This document shows positions 38,959 through 52,149 of a stretch of 64,000 nucleotides of DNA, one piece after another. The DNA is from Prorocentrum cordatum (lineage: Eukaryota). The stretch's first letter is position 1; every line of letters begins with the position of its first letter. Location of the stretch: contig CAUYUJ010000001.1 in NCBI GenBank assembly GCA_963575745.1, positions 496,001 through 560,000 of the forward strand. Direction: 5' to 3'. Below the pieces are notes generated by a model. That model did no database searches. It was not told where the DNA came from and was given only the letters and a program-made list of their open reading frames with translations. The position numbers were made by a program, and so were the translations under genes.

Positions 38959-39919
38959 GGCCAGTGAGTGGCAGTATTTTCTTGTACTCCGACGTGGGTT
39001 TGACGTGAGTTCGGCATGGGTTCGGCACGGATTTGGCACGGATTCGTCTCGGAGTCGGCACGGATTCGACGCGTTCGACATGCACTCGACGCGGATGCGA
39101 CACAGATGGCTGGCGCGATAGGACAGACGAGGCCCCCCAAAGATGCAACGTACAGTCAAGACGCTGAAATAAGGATCGCCTTGGGTACGGAAAGGGCTCG
39201 CTGTTCCTTTGACCATTCCGTGGTTGTTCCTCTAGCCTTCCTCATGCACCCAGGCGTTTCTGGGGCCATAAAGGGGCTTCGTTCCTCATAGCGTTCCTTC
39301 TGGTAGTACCTTCCCAGACCCCCGACGTCACAATTTTGGTTCAACGTCGATCCCCAGAGTTCTCGACCTTTTCTCCAGGACCAGTTTTTCATCCTGATTC
39401 GTTTTTTGACGGTCCCGAGGCCCGGTGATGGCCCCCAGAGGCCGGAAATATCGAAAGCTCTCCCGTCACGACTTTTTCACGTCGCGAGGGGGTCTGGGTT
39501 TGGCGTTCTTCTGGTAGTACAGGCAACCCTCATGATAAGGATGGGCAATCTTCCCAAGGGTACCACTGCATCCTTGCCCCCTCGGCCCCTCCCTGGCCTC
39601 TCTCACTGGCCAACCTCGTTCGAAAAACGTTCACATGGGCCTCCAGGGCCCGTGCATCCTCATCGCGCATCCTTCCGATTCGGACTGACTGTACCCTGAC
39701 TGCACCCCCGTCCCGAGGGAGAAGGCCGACCCGCACTCCGCGCTGGTGCAGGACTACCGCCGCAGGGCCTGCGACCTGCGGCGCCTCGTGGCCGAGGCCA
39801 GCGAGCGCCGGACCGCGCTGGGCCCGCGGGAGCCGCCAGCCAGCGGGCTGGCCGCCCTGCCGCTGCCGCGGCTGGCGCCCTCGCCGTGGGGGAAGCGGGT
39901 CCCGAGGGAAGCTCAGAGG

Positions 39920-40040
39920 AGGAAAAGGAACCCATACCTCTACTCTTCCCTCGTTTTCCACGTTTTGGGCCTCTTGGGAGGCCCTCGTCGCCACCGCTGG
40001 ATTCGCCTCGAAGAACGGGTCACAACGCACCCCGGGAGAG
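39920..40040 (+). repeat. Dispersed repeat, second copy at about 45320-45440
   Basis: Shared TGGGCCTC.TGGGAGGC.CTCGTCGCCACCGCTGGAT.CGCCTCGAA. Confidence 0.8.
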
Positions 40041-41451
40041 GTCCGGGGAGGGGCGGTATCGGTGCATCTGGGATGCCCCAGAAGCAGTTCCTGAGGTTTT
40101 CCGCCGTTTTTGGGCTCTCGGGGCCCTCCACGCGCCCCGGGATTGCCAGAAAACGATTCTGGTCCAGGGCCCGTTTCCACAGGACCCGTGTCCCCATGCA
40201 TAAGCCTTCGCCGTGCCGCAGGGGAATGGATCGAGGTTCGAGGGTCTAGGTTTGAGTTTCTGGGGTTCGGGCCAGGTTTTGGGCAATTTTTGTCGGCTCC
40301 CGGTGGTTTTCCAGCGTTTTCGCTGCCGCGGCCGCCGCCGCCGCCGTGGGATGGCGACGACGACGAGGAGGATGTTTGGACGACCATAACGATGAGGACG
40401 ACGAGGAGGACGACGAGGAGGACGGCGACGAGAACGACGACGAGGAGGACGACGATGAGAAGGAGGAGGAGGACGACGACCACGGTCGGACGACGATGAG
40501 GAGTACCAGGAGGACGAGGAGAACGACGACGATTCAGGAGGACGGCGAGGAGGAGAAGGATGAGGAGGAGGAGGAGGACGAACGACGAAGAGGATAACGA
40601 CGAGCACGACGACGACGACGACGCTCGTCGGTTCCTGGAGGGTCTCCGACCTCGGGATGCCTTTGAGCCGCCGCGCCTCGTCCAGAGCGCTCCAGCCGGT
40701 GTACCCGGATCGTCCCGAAGGGCCGCCATGGAGGCCCCAGCCGTGTCCAGAGAGCTGCCGGGGATTCAGATCTTCGACCGTATGCTTTCTTTCCCCCCCC
40801 CTAAAACGCAGCATGCCTTTCAATCCTGGCGCTTTTCCTCGAGGCTGGCCCCCAGGGCCCGTGATCGGGCCCCAGGGCCCTCAGAAACGGATCCAGGGCA
40901 GCAAGCCATCCTCCCGAGGAGGGGTCGGGGGAGCTCTGGGGCCGCGGTTGCTTCAGAAGTCCGGTCGCCGGGTGTTTTTGGGCGGGCGGAGGTCAGGGTC
41001 AACGCTTGGGGGGGGATGGGCTCAGGGGGGCAGGAAGGAACGCTTCAGATTTCCAAGGGAAGATATCAGGCGATCGCAAGCATGGATCGAGGGGGCGTGG
41101 ATCGGCGACGGGCCCCGCTTCCATGGGAAATCGCGGCCTTCTGCCCCTGAACGAGGCGGCACCGGCCGCATTTCGGGGAGGGCACCTCCCCCGATCCGTG
41201 GATTTGGCGACCGCGCGCCACATACATGGATCGCTGATCCATGTCTGCGCGCCCCCGATGAAAGAAAAACAGTTTCTACCTCGTCTCTCTCTCTCTCTCT
41301 CTCCGCTGCTCCCCTCATCTCCTCCGTATGTCTTCAAGAACAAAGCCACCTCCAGGTGCTCACAGCATCTCGTCTCTCTGTCTCTCTCTCCCTCCTTCTC
41401 TCCGCTGCTCTCCTCATCTCCCCCGCATGTCTGCAAATCAGTATGGGAAAC

Positions 41452-42030
41452 AACACACAGACACAATGAATCGTTGATTCCCCCGAAAATATGGGAAAAT
41501 ATGGGAGGTGGGGGGAAGACAAAAAACCCTGAAAACATGAGAAAATATGGGGAATTCGGTTATGTGTGTGTATTTATTTGTGTGTCGCAGGGCTCCTTTC
41601 GCGTATGTCTTCAAAGCGGAGCCACCTCCAGGTGCTCTTGCAGCGTTCCACTCGCCAGGGGGGGAGGCATCGACCCCGCATGGGGGCCCGAGGGCCCACC
41701 CCGCTCAGGAGCGCGTGGGTCTGCTAGCGGCGGCCTGTCGCCGAGCTATCGACTAGACATTAGATATATATACACACATATATATATAGACATATACATA
41801 TATATACACATACATGTATATATACATATATCTATACAAATAAATACATTTGTATATATATATATATATATATACTCAGGAGGGGAAAAACACACAGACA
41901 CAATGAATCGTCGATCCCCAGGAAAATATGGGAAAATATGGGAAGGGGGAGGGAAGACCAAAACCCAGAACATGTGGGAAAATATGGGGACGTCCTGGGA
42001 CTTGTGTGTATTTATTTGCGTGTCCCTGGG
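41452..42030 (+). repeat. Two copies of a ~135-bp element (about 41452-41586 and 41889-42024)
   Basis: ACACACAGACACAATGAATCGT...GAAAATATGGGAAAATATGGGA...TGTGTGTATTTATTTG in both. Confidence 0.85.
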
Positions 42031-42349
42031 CCCCTTCATACACATCGCCGATGCCAGCTTGACTCTCCCACCCAGGAGCCAGTGCCTCCCTGTAGCTCTC
42101 CCGCGGGATGTCGGGCAAGAGCAGGCCCAGGTTGCGCCAGCGGTGCTGCGTCAAGAGCCCCTCTACTCGCAGCGGGGAGGGCCCCCCCCCCCGGAGAGTC
42201 GAGCGCCCCGCCGCCTCGCCATTCGGGCCGGGCTCCCGCCTACAAGAAGAGGTATCGTTGATCTTTCGATCCGTAGCTTCGGCAACGAGCTAGGATCATG
42301 CAGCGGGCCAGAGGAGATGTTCTGCCATAGCCCCGCTTCGGAAAAGATC

Positions 42350-43115
42350 CGCCCGCAACCCGTGCAGCTATTATCCAGAAGCGTGTGGTCATACAATCGG
42401 CACCGTTGTTAAAAGAAGCCGCTCTCCACCCGTGTAGCTCTAGCGCAGCTCTAGATGTGTGATCATAGAGTCGGCGACGTCTCAAACGAACTCCGCATTT
42501 TGACAAGGAACCGCCCTCCACCCGTGAAATTAGTTCGTGGAAGCTTTTCAGCGATAGTGCTCGGTGCCAAGGCGAGAGCAACATGCTGCCCCCCTCTTTC
42601 CCCGTAGCTGTTGGAAGCGTTTAGACGAATGTGCGCGCCGTCAGAGCGAGAGCCATATTTGAACGACTACCCTTATCCACCCGTGTCATCGTTGGAGATA
42701 TTTCAACGACGGCTGTGCTCGGCGCTACGGTCAGAACCACATGTGGATAATAATTGCCATCAATCAGTGTAACTGTTGGAAGCTTTTGAGACGAATGTGC
42801 GCGGTGCTGAGGCGAGAGCAACATTGTTAACGCCCCCCCTTCATCCGTGTTATCGTCGGAAGCTTTTAAGACGAATCTTTGCGGCGCCCAGGCGAGATCA
42901 ACCTTCTGAAGATTACCCGCCTTCCATTTGCGTAACTTTCGGAAGCTTTCAGGACGAATGTGCGCGGCGCTCGGGCGAGAGCTGCACTTTGGAATGGAGC
43001 CGCCATCCATCAGAGTAATTGTTGGAAGCTTCCCAATCGAATGGTCGTGGCGCTGAGGCGAGATCTGCACTTTGAACAACGCCCTCCTCCTTCTCGTGTA
43101 ACTGTTGGACTGTCG
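42350..43115. repeat. Old degenerate tandem array, ~80-bp period
   Basis: Recurring CCACCCGTGTA.CTGTTGGAAGCTTT..GACGAATGTGCGCGG...GGCGAGAGC. Confidence 0.7.
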
Positions 43116-43203
43116 ATCGATTCACACGGAAAAGGAAGTCTCAGGCGAAGCGCCTGGCACGCCCTGCCAACACGCTTGGTGGTCCGACCAGGAGTTTTTT
43201 GGG

Positions 43204-43387
43204 TACTCCAGATTTCGTAATCAAAGGGAGGGGGTCACAACCCTCCCAGACGAGAAGTTTTAGACCCCCCCCCGTGGTAGAACCCTCCAAAACATCGTCC
43301 CCAGACCCCCCCAGGCCCTCCAAGATAGCCTGGAAGAGACCCCCCCCGAAATGAGACCCCCCTCCCTTTATTACGAAATCTGGAGTA
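43204..43387. mobile_element. TA-flanked MITE (Tc1/mariner, Stowaway-like)
   Basis: TA|CTCCAGATTTCGTAAT ... ATTACGAAATCTGGAG|TA; perfect 16-bp TIR plus TA duplication. Confidence 0.9.
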
Positions 43388-46300
43388 TCTGTTAGGAATG
43401 TTGGCCAGCGTGGGCCCCCAAGAGCGTGTTTCTGGCGGCCCATGTTGGGCGATCTATGTGCAGCAGTGTGTGTGGTTCACGTCGACGTGGTGCAATCTGT
43501 GCGGTGTAATCCGCTTCCCCCTCGGCCTTGTCTTCCTCCTCTTCTCCCTCGTTCCCTCGTCGCCCTCCAGCTGTAAGTGAGGAATAAAACGCCTCTCAGA
43601 TGCAACCGTTTTTTTCCGCCAGCGCTTGAGAGGGGGAACAAAAAAAATCTGTGCGGTGCAATCCACCAGTGCTCAACTTGAAGTTGTCCAACTCTGCTGC
43701 TCGCGCAAACGTCCCACCCGCCCACCCGCAGCTTGGCTTGCAAACCCCATGCGGCGGCAATTGCGATGAGTGCTTGGTGTTGGCTGGTGCATCTTTGCGG
43801 CCGCGCTATCCTGCGCATGCTCGCGCGCGCAGCGGCCAGCTAGTTTGGCGCGGCCGACGCGATTGCGGTGGCGCTGACCGCTCGGCACATCCCAGCGGGC
43901 ACTCCAGAGCGAGGCGGCGAATTGGGCGGGCGCGGTATCATGGCAACGTCGACAACGGTTGACACGGTGATAATGGTAACGATGCTGGTGGCGATGCTGG
44001 TAGCGTCGGCGGCACGGCCAGTGACGGCGCCGATGCTGATCACGCCGGCGACGATGCCGGCGTCCTGGCGTCGGTGATGAAGTTTTTGGAAGGAGTTCGA
44101 CGTGCTCGCGGCCGACGCGCGAGAGTGGCCCATATTATTTGACACGGATCGTCCCCCCCAACATGCGCGCGAGGGCGTGCGGATGATGTCGGCATGCGGC
44201 GCCAGAGGCCCGTTTGGCAGAATCCCCTGGACATGTTGAAGAACCTTCAGTTTTCGGAAGATTTCGCAAGAGCGCGAGCGCGCGCTTCTTTGAAACATGA
44301 TGTCGCGATTTTGTTTTGAATGCGTTTTTCGGACCGTCGTTTTTGACATGCTACGACACATTCCGGCATGCGCACGCGACGACGCGCGCGTGTGCACTTC
44401 GTTTCCTTTTTCGGCAACAAACTCTCCGCGCGCAAGGGTGTTCGAACGATTTCGACATGCGCGTGCGCGAAGCCCCTTCGGTAGCAATTTCTGAACATGT
44501 TTTTTTTTGTTTGAACCTAGTGTTCTCTGAAGGACTCGCAGGAACGCGCGCGCAAGCGAAACGCGTTGCGAAACCGTGTGTTTTTATATCCGTAAGGGCT
44601 ACGCCCCATGCCGCCGGCCCCCTATCTCGGATAATGGGATATGCAAACGCTAAATCATGAGGTCTGGGCGCCGCCGTGAAGCAGTGTCGGGACCTGCTTG
44701 TTTTTTTCGACCCCTGCAATGCAATGCTGCGCCATGCTCACTGTTCACTTTCTCCTTCCTCTTCCTCCCTCGTGCTGCCTCCCAGAAATCTGGCTGCTCC
44801 CATTTTTTCGATGCTTGGGCCCCGAAAGTCCAGACCACCTCCCCAGGGCCAGTTTCTCGCCCCGCGTCGCCTTCTGACGCCCCCGAGGCCTGGCGAGGGC
44901 CCCTTGAGGCCGAAAACTGCCCAAAACCGCCCGCTCAAATTTTTGTCGGAGCGTCGCATGTCTAGGTTTGCTCCTTCCTCCTCCCGCGATGCTCGAGCCT
45001 CGACCTTCGAGTGGCCTCGAGCAGCGCCGCGCCCAGGCGTGACATCCCGCACCCCCCAAGCCGGGCCTGTCCCTGCCATCTTGTCGCTCGAGCAGCGCCC
45101 GGCCGTGGCGACGACACCCCCACGAAACCGCCAGCAGCAACGGCAGGAACGACGCCTCCTCCCGCCCCTCGCCCAAAGAAGGAAAAAGGTACCCCTACCG
45201 CTACCCTTGCCCCTTCCTTGAAAGAGTTCGAGTCGCTGAGGGACGCAGCAGGTATGTCTCTTGATGTCCGCCTGACGCAGCCAAAAAGAGGGGGGAGAGG
45301 AGCAGGCGGAAACGGCAGATGAGGGAACGGTACCGATACCGCTGCCCTCCCCTCGCGTTTCGCCGTTCTGGGCCTCCTGGGAGGCGCTCGTCGCCACCGC
45401 TGGATGCGCCTCGAAATCCTCGTCAGAACGCGCCCCGGGCGAGGCCCGTGGAGCAGCGGTGCCGGTGCCCTTTGGTTTCCCTCATCGCTTCCGATTCCGT
45501 GTCTTCGCATCCCCCATGCCCGACAGCGCTGTGGAGTGCCCCTCCCTGCGAGGAGCCCGTGCTGGCCCCAGCAGCCGCGGCGACGCTGCCTGGCGCCTCC
45601 CAGTGGTCGGCGAGCCACAAGCGGCAGGACACGGGCGGGAGCGCCAGCTGGCGCTCCTCAAGCCTACTCCTGCCTCCGGGCCCCGCCCTCATCCTCCCTC
45701 CTTGCCCCCTCCCCTTTTGGCCCCCCCTTCTCCCCTGCTTCCCCTCTGCGCCACTTCCCTTGCATCCTTCCGTCCCTCCTCCCTTCTCGCTTCTTCCTTT
45801 TTCCCCTCCTCCCTCCTCCTCCTCCTCCTCCTCCTCCTCCTCGTCCTCGTCCTCCGCCTCCTTCTCCTCCTCCTCCTTCTCCTCCTCCTCCTCTTCATCC
45901 ACTCCTTTTTTCCTTTCTCCCTGCCCTCCTCCTCATCCACTCCTTTTTCTCTATCCCTGCCCTCCTCCCTCCCATCTCCAGCCTCCAGTGCCAGCTCGAA
46001 ACCACGCGCTGGCGGGACTACGAGCATCCATTTTGAGGTCCTTCGCGCGGGGGCATGGTCACGAATCTTCTGTTTCTAACTGAACCCCCCATTACCTGCA
46101 AACGCAGGGATGGCCACCTCCAAGGCGACATCACTGCCTGCGATCATCACCTCTTCCAAAAGGGGCCGTCGGCGCCAACAGCACGCCGTAGTACTACCTT
46201 CAACGCTGGCCAGATCACATCTACGCGCTCTGCTTAAACGCCCTCCTCGCCCACCGCCTCCAGGACTTCCACCACCTGGGCGGTGGCATCCTCCTCTATC

Positions 46301-46654
46301 CCTTCGTCCTGCTCCCGTTCCTGAGCCCGTTACACCTCCGGGGGCATGATGTACGTGTTGGTCTCTCTTTCACAGGCCACGGCGTTTTTCAACCGGGCCT
46401 GCCCGCTGCTCATGGCGAGCTCTGCCGTCTTCCACCTGGTGCATGGCTTCCTGGTCAGGCCCTGGGCCACCACATGGTGGTCATCGCTACCTGGCCCTGG
46501 ACAGCCACAGGCCGAACACGTTCAACATGGGGCCCCTGGTGCTCTGCATCTCCTTGGGCCTGGTGAGCAGGCACCTCGCCAAGCTGGACTCCAGGCACCT
46601 GGCGAGCCTCAGTGCAGGCAGCCGCCGCTCCTCTCGGTGGCGCTCCTGGCGGCC

Positions 46655-46815
46655 GCGACCTTCGCGCCGTGACCTTCGCGCCGCCCGTTCGGGAGGCCTC
46701 GTGGACACCTTCGCGCCGTGGCCTTCGCGCCGTGGCCTTCGCCCCGTGACCTTCGCGCCGTGACCTTCGCGCCGCGACCTTCGCGCCGTGGCCTTCGCGC
46801 CGTGACCTTCGCGCT
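46655..46815. repeat. Short tandem array of a ~15-bp unit (GACCTTCGCGCCGTG-like)
   Basis: Repeated CCTTCGCGCCG[TC]G. Confidence 0.85.
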
Positions 46816-47364
46816 GGCCGTTCGGGAGGCCCAGGTGCCTTTGGGCACACCAGCTTCCACGCGAACATCTTCTTCGTATTCCCGCTGCGCGCTGCTTGGT
46901 GCGCGCTGCCTCAGCGCAGGCCAGCAGTGCGGCGCCGCGGCGCCTGTCCTGCGGCCCCCGCCGCGGCCTGCTGCGCAGCCGACGATGCTCGGTTCCACGC
47001 GCAACGTCACGATAGCTCCAGGCGTGCGTTCGCGCAGCGCCTCCGCTGCGCGGACGGCCCCTCCAGTGTGGTGCACTCCTGCTCCTTGGGGGGATCACGC
47101 GCCCCTGCGTTTCCGTGCTCGCCTTGAGCGCGGGTGCGGACAGGAGGAGGAGGAGGAGGAGGAGGAGGAGGAGGAGGAGGAGGAGGAGGAGGAGGAGGAG
47201 GAGGAGGAGGAGGAGGAGGAGGAGGAGAAGGCTTTCTGGCCCAGGTGCAGGCCAAGCCTCAGGCGTGCCCTGGCCAGGCCGCGACGCTGATACTGTAGCT
47301 ACCACGGCGCGCGATCCAGCTTGGCACAGGCGCGCGCGAGAGTGTCGACACAGAGCCAGACTTT

Positions 47365-48600
47365 TTGTTGCCCTCCACAAAAGCCCAGTCCCTTTTGAAG
47401 AACCACCACCGTTCCCCTCAGTTTGTGAAGATGCCGTCAGGTCCTGGGCACCAGTGGGATTGCTCATGCGGACGGTACTGTACGTTCGAGGGCACCACTG
47501 GGCATGTCTATGTGGTCGTCGGTGTGATCAGAGCGTCCAAGGCAATACCCCACAGCCTGGACGTCAGCCTCAGCAGCAGCGTCGAGACTCCAGCCGCACC
47601 AGGCGGGCGGGAGGTCCAGCGAGACATTCAGCGCGATCAGCAGAAGGATATGAGGCAGGATAATGAGGATATCAAGAAGCTTCTGGGAACAATTGCCACT
47701 GTGAAGCGTTATGGTGCAGGTCTATACATGGAGCTGGCCGGGTACGACCCAATCCCGTCAGATATTCCAGGGATCAAGGCCTACAAAACGAAGACGAAAT
47801 AGAGGATGTTCGATACTGCTCGCCTTATCATAGTGTCCAGAAAGGCGGGCAAAGAGGATGCGACCCACGATGTCAAGGAGGTCGCCTGCCTCATATATAT
47901 GATGAGCGCGACGGGGAAGTTGACGGACCAGTTCATCGACCTCAAGGCGAAGCGGGACAAGTGCCAGGATCAACGACCTCCAGGTGCAGTATCGAGAAGC
48001 AGAGGCCGACTTGACTGCCTGGAGGGCCGCGATCGACGAGCTCGAGGATTTGTTGGAGAAGAAGATGCCGCTATGACGGGAGATGGAATCTACACGGCGG
48101 GTGGCGCAACCAACGCCCAGGGTCAGTCGCCAGCACCCAAGCCATTCACTATGCCGCCGCCGCCACCACCGATGACGAGTGCTGGTGCCATCCCGAGCGG
48201 ACCCACTATCCCAGCCTACTTCATGCAGCAGAATCCGACTCAGGCGTTCCCGCCGCAGCCCCCACCGCCGCAAGTGGTCAGTGACATCAAGCAGTTGTCG
48301 GAGATGGTGAAAGTGCTATGCCAGCGTCAGACGCACACATCATCGCGCATCTTCAGCATCCGCATGTTTCGTCACCCTCGGGAGCTTCGGCAAGTGCGGT
48401 GCCCTCCCCATGCAGCGTTCCAGCAGCACAGCCGAATCCACCTACGCCGATCGGAGGACGTGCGACTCCCATGGGCTTGTCCGACGAGACGATAACCGTC
48501 GCCCCCAGGGAGGCCGCGGAGGATCCGCGCGCAGCCCAGGGCAAGGATGAGCCACTGAAAGAGGAGGAGAGAAGGAGGACATTAAGGGGCCTGGAGATAT
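47365..48600 (+). pseudogene. Putative LINE ORF1 remnant
   Basis: WDCSCG and WACLCG Zn-finger-like motifs, a charged helical region and a Pro/Gln-rich tail across ORFs 47365..47802 and 47806..48495; lies upstream of the endonuclease. Confidence 0.45.
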
Positions 48601-48626
48601 GAGTGCCCCCTTTTTGTCACCCACCC

Positions 48627-48675
<49 letters not shown>

Positions 48676-49900
48676 CTCCTGGGGCCCTCGCGCAGGAGGG
48701 CCCGCTCCTGCAACCGGTCTGGTGTGGGGTCCCGTGGAGATCAGAAGCCCGCCGCGCAAAGAGCCCAGGGTCGCTTGACCAGCGAAGTTAAGGTTTTCGC
48801 ACTAGGTGGCAAGACCTCCTCCCTCCATGCCAATATGATACCTCCCTCCTCTTTCACCAGGGCGATGACATCTTGCATCTAAGGTGCTAGGCCCAGGGTG
48901 CCAGGTCAGCTCGGCAGCAGGTGCTCTAGATGTGCGGACCAGCCACTGCGCGAACACATGCATGAGGCCAGTGATCCGCTAGTGGGGAGCCATAAGCGTC
49001 GATCTAGGAGCCGAATTGAGAGTGGATGGGAGAGGACAGATCGGGGGATTGATCGTTCCTGGGACACCCTTCTTTTGACATCTTCGCGTTATGCCACTAA
49101 TCAGTATGCGCCACTCTTTGAGCTGGATTCTGATTCGCATGGGGCGGGTGATCGGTTGGGCGAGGGGGTGGCGCCCGCCGGGTCGCACCCGCAAGCTTCG
49201 CTAGGGTCGGACGGCGGAGCTGCTTCAGCAGTGCCTAGCATTTTACCTCCAACCTTGCCTCCTCCCCTAGACACAGAACTGAGCTGCCCTTTCGATCGTG
49301 GCCCGGCCATTCGGGAGCTCGTCTCCTCCACCCCCCCATGCCTTGGGCCCTTGCTGTTCCCGATTCGCTACCCGTCGAGTCCTCGTGGGCCTTGGAAGTC
49401 TTTCCACTTAGAGGGCCCACTTGGAATGAGGTCTCCAATGTCGCGGATGGGTCCATAAGGCGCGGTTGCGATGGCGCTGGGGCCCGGGCCGCTATAACAT
49501 TAAAGTTACCGCGGGTGGCCAGGGGAACTCTTTCCAGGGCGTTTGGGCAGCCCCTTGTCCTAGACTCGTTACTGACGCCGAGAGCGAGAGGACACCTAGA
49601 CAGCACAGATGTCGAGTGCGCGGCCGTGACGTGGGTGCTCATGGCTATCATCAGTGAGCCAGCATCCGCCAGCCGTGATCTATACGGACTCAGAGACGCG
49701 TGCAGGTACCTCCACGGAGACGCTTCGGTTTGTGGCAACAACGTACTCGCGCGCATGTTGCATATTATCCATGCTTTTGCTCTCGCGCTTGCTCGGGGGA
49801 GATGGTCCCAGCTCGAGGCGTAGCAAATTCAGATCCGACGCGTTGATGGACGTGGGGGTGGGGTGGGGTGGGGTGGGGTGGTGTGTGTGTGTGTGTGTGT

Positions 49901-49940
<40 letters not shown>

Positions 49941-50145
49941 TGTGTGGTGGTGTGTGTGTGTGTGTGTGTGTGCGTGTGTGTGTGTGTGTGTGTGGAGGGG
50001 GGGGGGGGGGGGGGGGGGCATGCAACTCCCTAGCAGATCACCTAGGGCCTAGTGGGGAAGGCAAGTGGGGCCTTGTTTCACGTCGCCCGCGTGGGTCCAG
50101 GCGGACGCAGTGCGAGTTCTCACGAAAGTGGAGTGGCTTCAAATC

Positions 50146-50179
<34 letters not shown>

Positions 50180-50299
50180 CCCCCAGACCCTGGAGCCTCC
50201 GCCTCATGGAAGACGATGGGTTGTGGGCCCCTGGCTGGCTGTGATGGCGCCGCTTCGGACCTATGGCGTCGCCCCAGGCTGAGGACTGGCGAAGCCACC

Positions 50300-50357
50300 C
50301 ATTCTCTGAGCCTCAGGGTTGCCACCTTTAACGCGAAGAGCGCTGCCGTTGCCGGCA

Positions 50358-50389
<32 letters not shown>

Positions 50390-51100
50390 CGGGGGCGGGG
50401 GGGGGGGGCAAGGGAAAGCTGCGCTTCGCTGGGAACCAGGCCCTCAAGGCCCAATTCGATGCCGTGGGGCCCTTCTGGCGGGCATTCAAGAAGCTCGAAA
50501 TCCCGGGGGGGCATGCAATTCGGGGGCTTTCTGCGTTATCTCGTCAGGCCCCGCAGGCAATGAGTGGGGTTGTGAGTTGTGGATGGATTCACCTTAAGTT
50601 ATCCCATGGACACAGTCGCAATGGGCCGATGCTCCTTGATAGACAAACACTTTCGTGTGATCTCAGCCGCCCCCCGTTGGCTGCTGGCGGCTGTGAGTGC
50701 GTCTGGGATCCCTCTCAACAGTGCTGCGGCGCACGCCCCCCCCCCCCCCCTTCCCCCCCTCCCCCCCGCCCGCCCCCCATTTTGGTGCGGAGGACCTCGA
50801 GCGCGCCACCTTTGGGGGTGATATTCAGAAGCGCCAGGGCGCCTGGTGCCCGTCTCTTGCTTTCTGGGATGAAAATGGAAGGGTGGGCAATGTCGCGTCG
50901 CCCCCTGTGGGTGCCGCTGGTTTTGTTCAAGACCAGGATGAGGGGGGATAATCCTTATGCGCCTACATACTCGCCTCAGAGCGTCGAGCCACCAATGCTT
51001 TCCTTTGGTGGTTGGACGTGGGGGTCTACCCGCGGATGCAGACAGGATCGACGATGCTTCAGCCCATCATTGGCTGGCCAACCGCGCCCTCTCATCCGAC
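50300..51100 (+). pseudogene. APE-type endonuclease domain
   Basis: SLRVATFNAKS, LAGIQEAR, GCELW, AAHAP, FGGD and RID motifs in order across frameshifts. Confidence 0.75.
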
Positions 51101-52149
51101 GTGCTTCATTCTCCCGACAAGCTTTCTTTACATGTTGGCCATCAGCTTGTCGTTGCCACCTTCGCCCGGCACCCTTCGTAAGCCCGCCGGGTCCCAAGCT
51201 CCGGGAGGCTCGATGGAAGTTCCTTTGGGGACCCCGACAAAGTGGCCATTTTCAAACGGTGCCTTCTTGAGGCCCGTCTGTCCCCTGGGCCGCGCCTGTC
51301 TCGGATCGCCGCGCGGAGGTTGCCCGTGCCGTCAATTGGGCGGCAGCCGAGGCTATCGGGGTGGCCCCAGGGAGGCCCAGTTCAAATACGTCGCACATCG
51401 CACGATGGACTTGATTATCGTCCGAAGGGGCATCGCCAGGGTTCTCAAGAAAGTCTCTAGTGCGCCATGCGGAGATCCCTGTGTGCACCTGCGCTTGCTG
51501 CGTTTCAGGAGAAAGATGCGCAAAACGGGACATATTAGGCTTCGCCCTCGCCCCGGATCCTGACACATGGCGGCCTGCATGCCCTGCCCTGGAGCCGGCC
51601 CCGGCAAAATTGGCACAGGGTGTGAGCGCGGACCTGCCTGCCAAGCTGGCTTTGCAGAACTTTCTTTTTGGCGCGCGCGAGTGCCTGACCCTCTGCCTAG
51701 AGATGGACAGGTGAGAGTACATAGATCAGAAAACCTCCGAGCTGCAGGGGGCCAGGGATTCCGGTTTGCCCAAGACCGAGTGGGACAGGGCCAAATCCAT
51801 CATGTTGTTCGGGGGGAGAGCTCCAACAATCCCCACCACATCCCCCTTTGCTACCACAACTGACGGTCGGCCCTTGGAAACGGAGAGCGAAGTTGCTAAC
51901 AACTTGCAGCTGCATTTCGCACAACTAGAGAAATGCAGAGTCACGGATGAGGAAGGTACCAGGGAACACAATAACCGCATGCTACCTCTTTTGTCAGATG
52001 ACACGCCCAAGGGGATCGGGCAGTTCTTTACCAAATTCAGTTTCGTGAGCCTCCTGAGAAGTAGGCCAGGGGGGGGGGGGGGGGCGCTGGGCCAGACGTA
52101 CTCGTGCCTGATATTTTGCGTTGTGCCCCCGTCCAGGTAACCGATGTGA

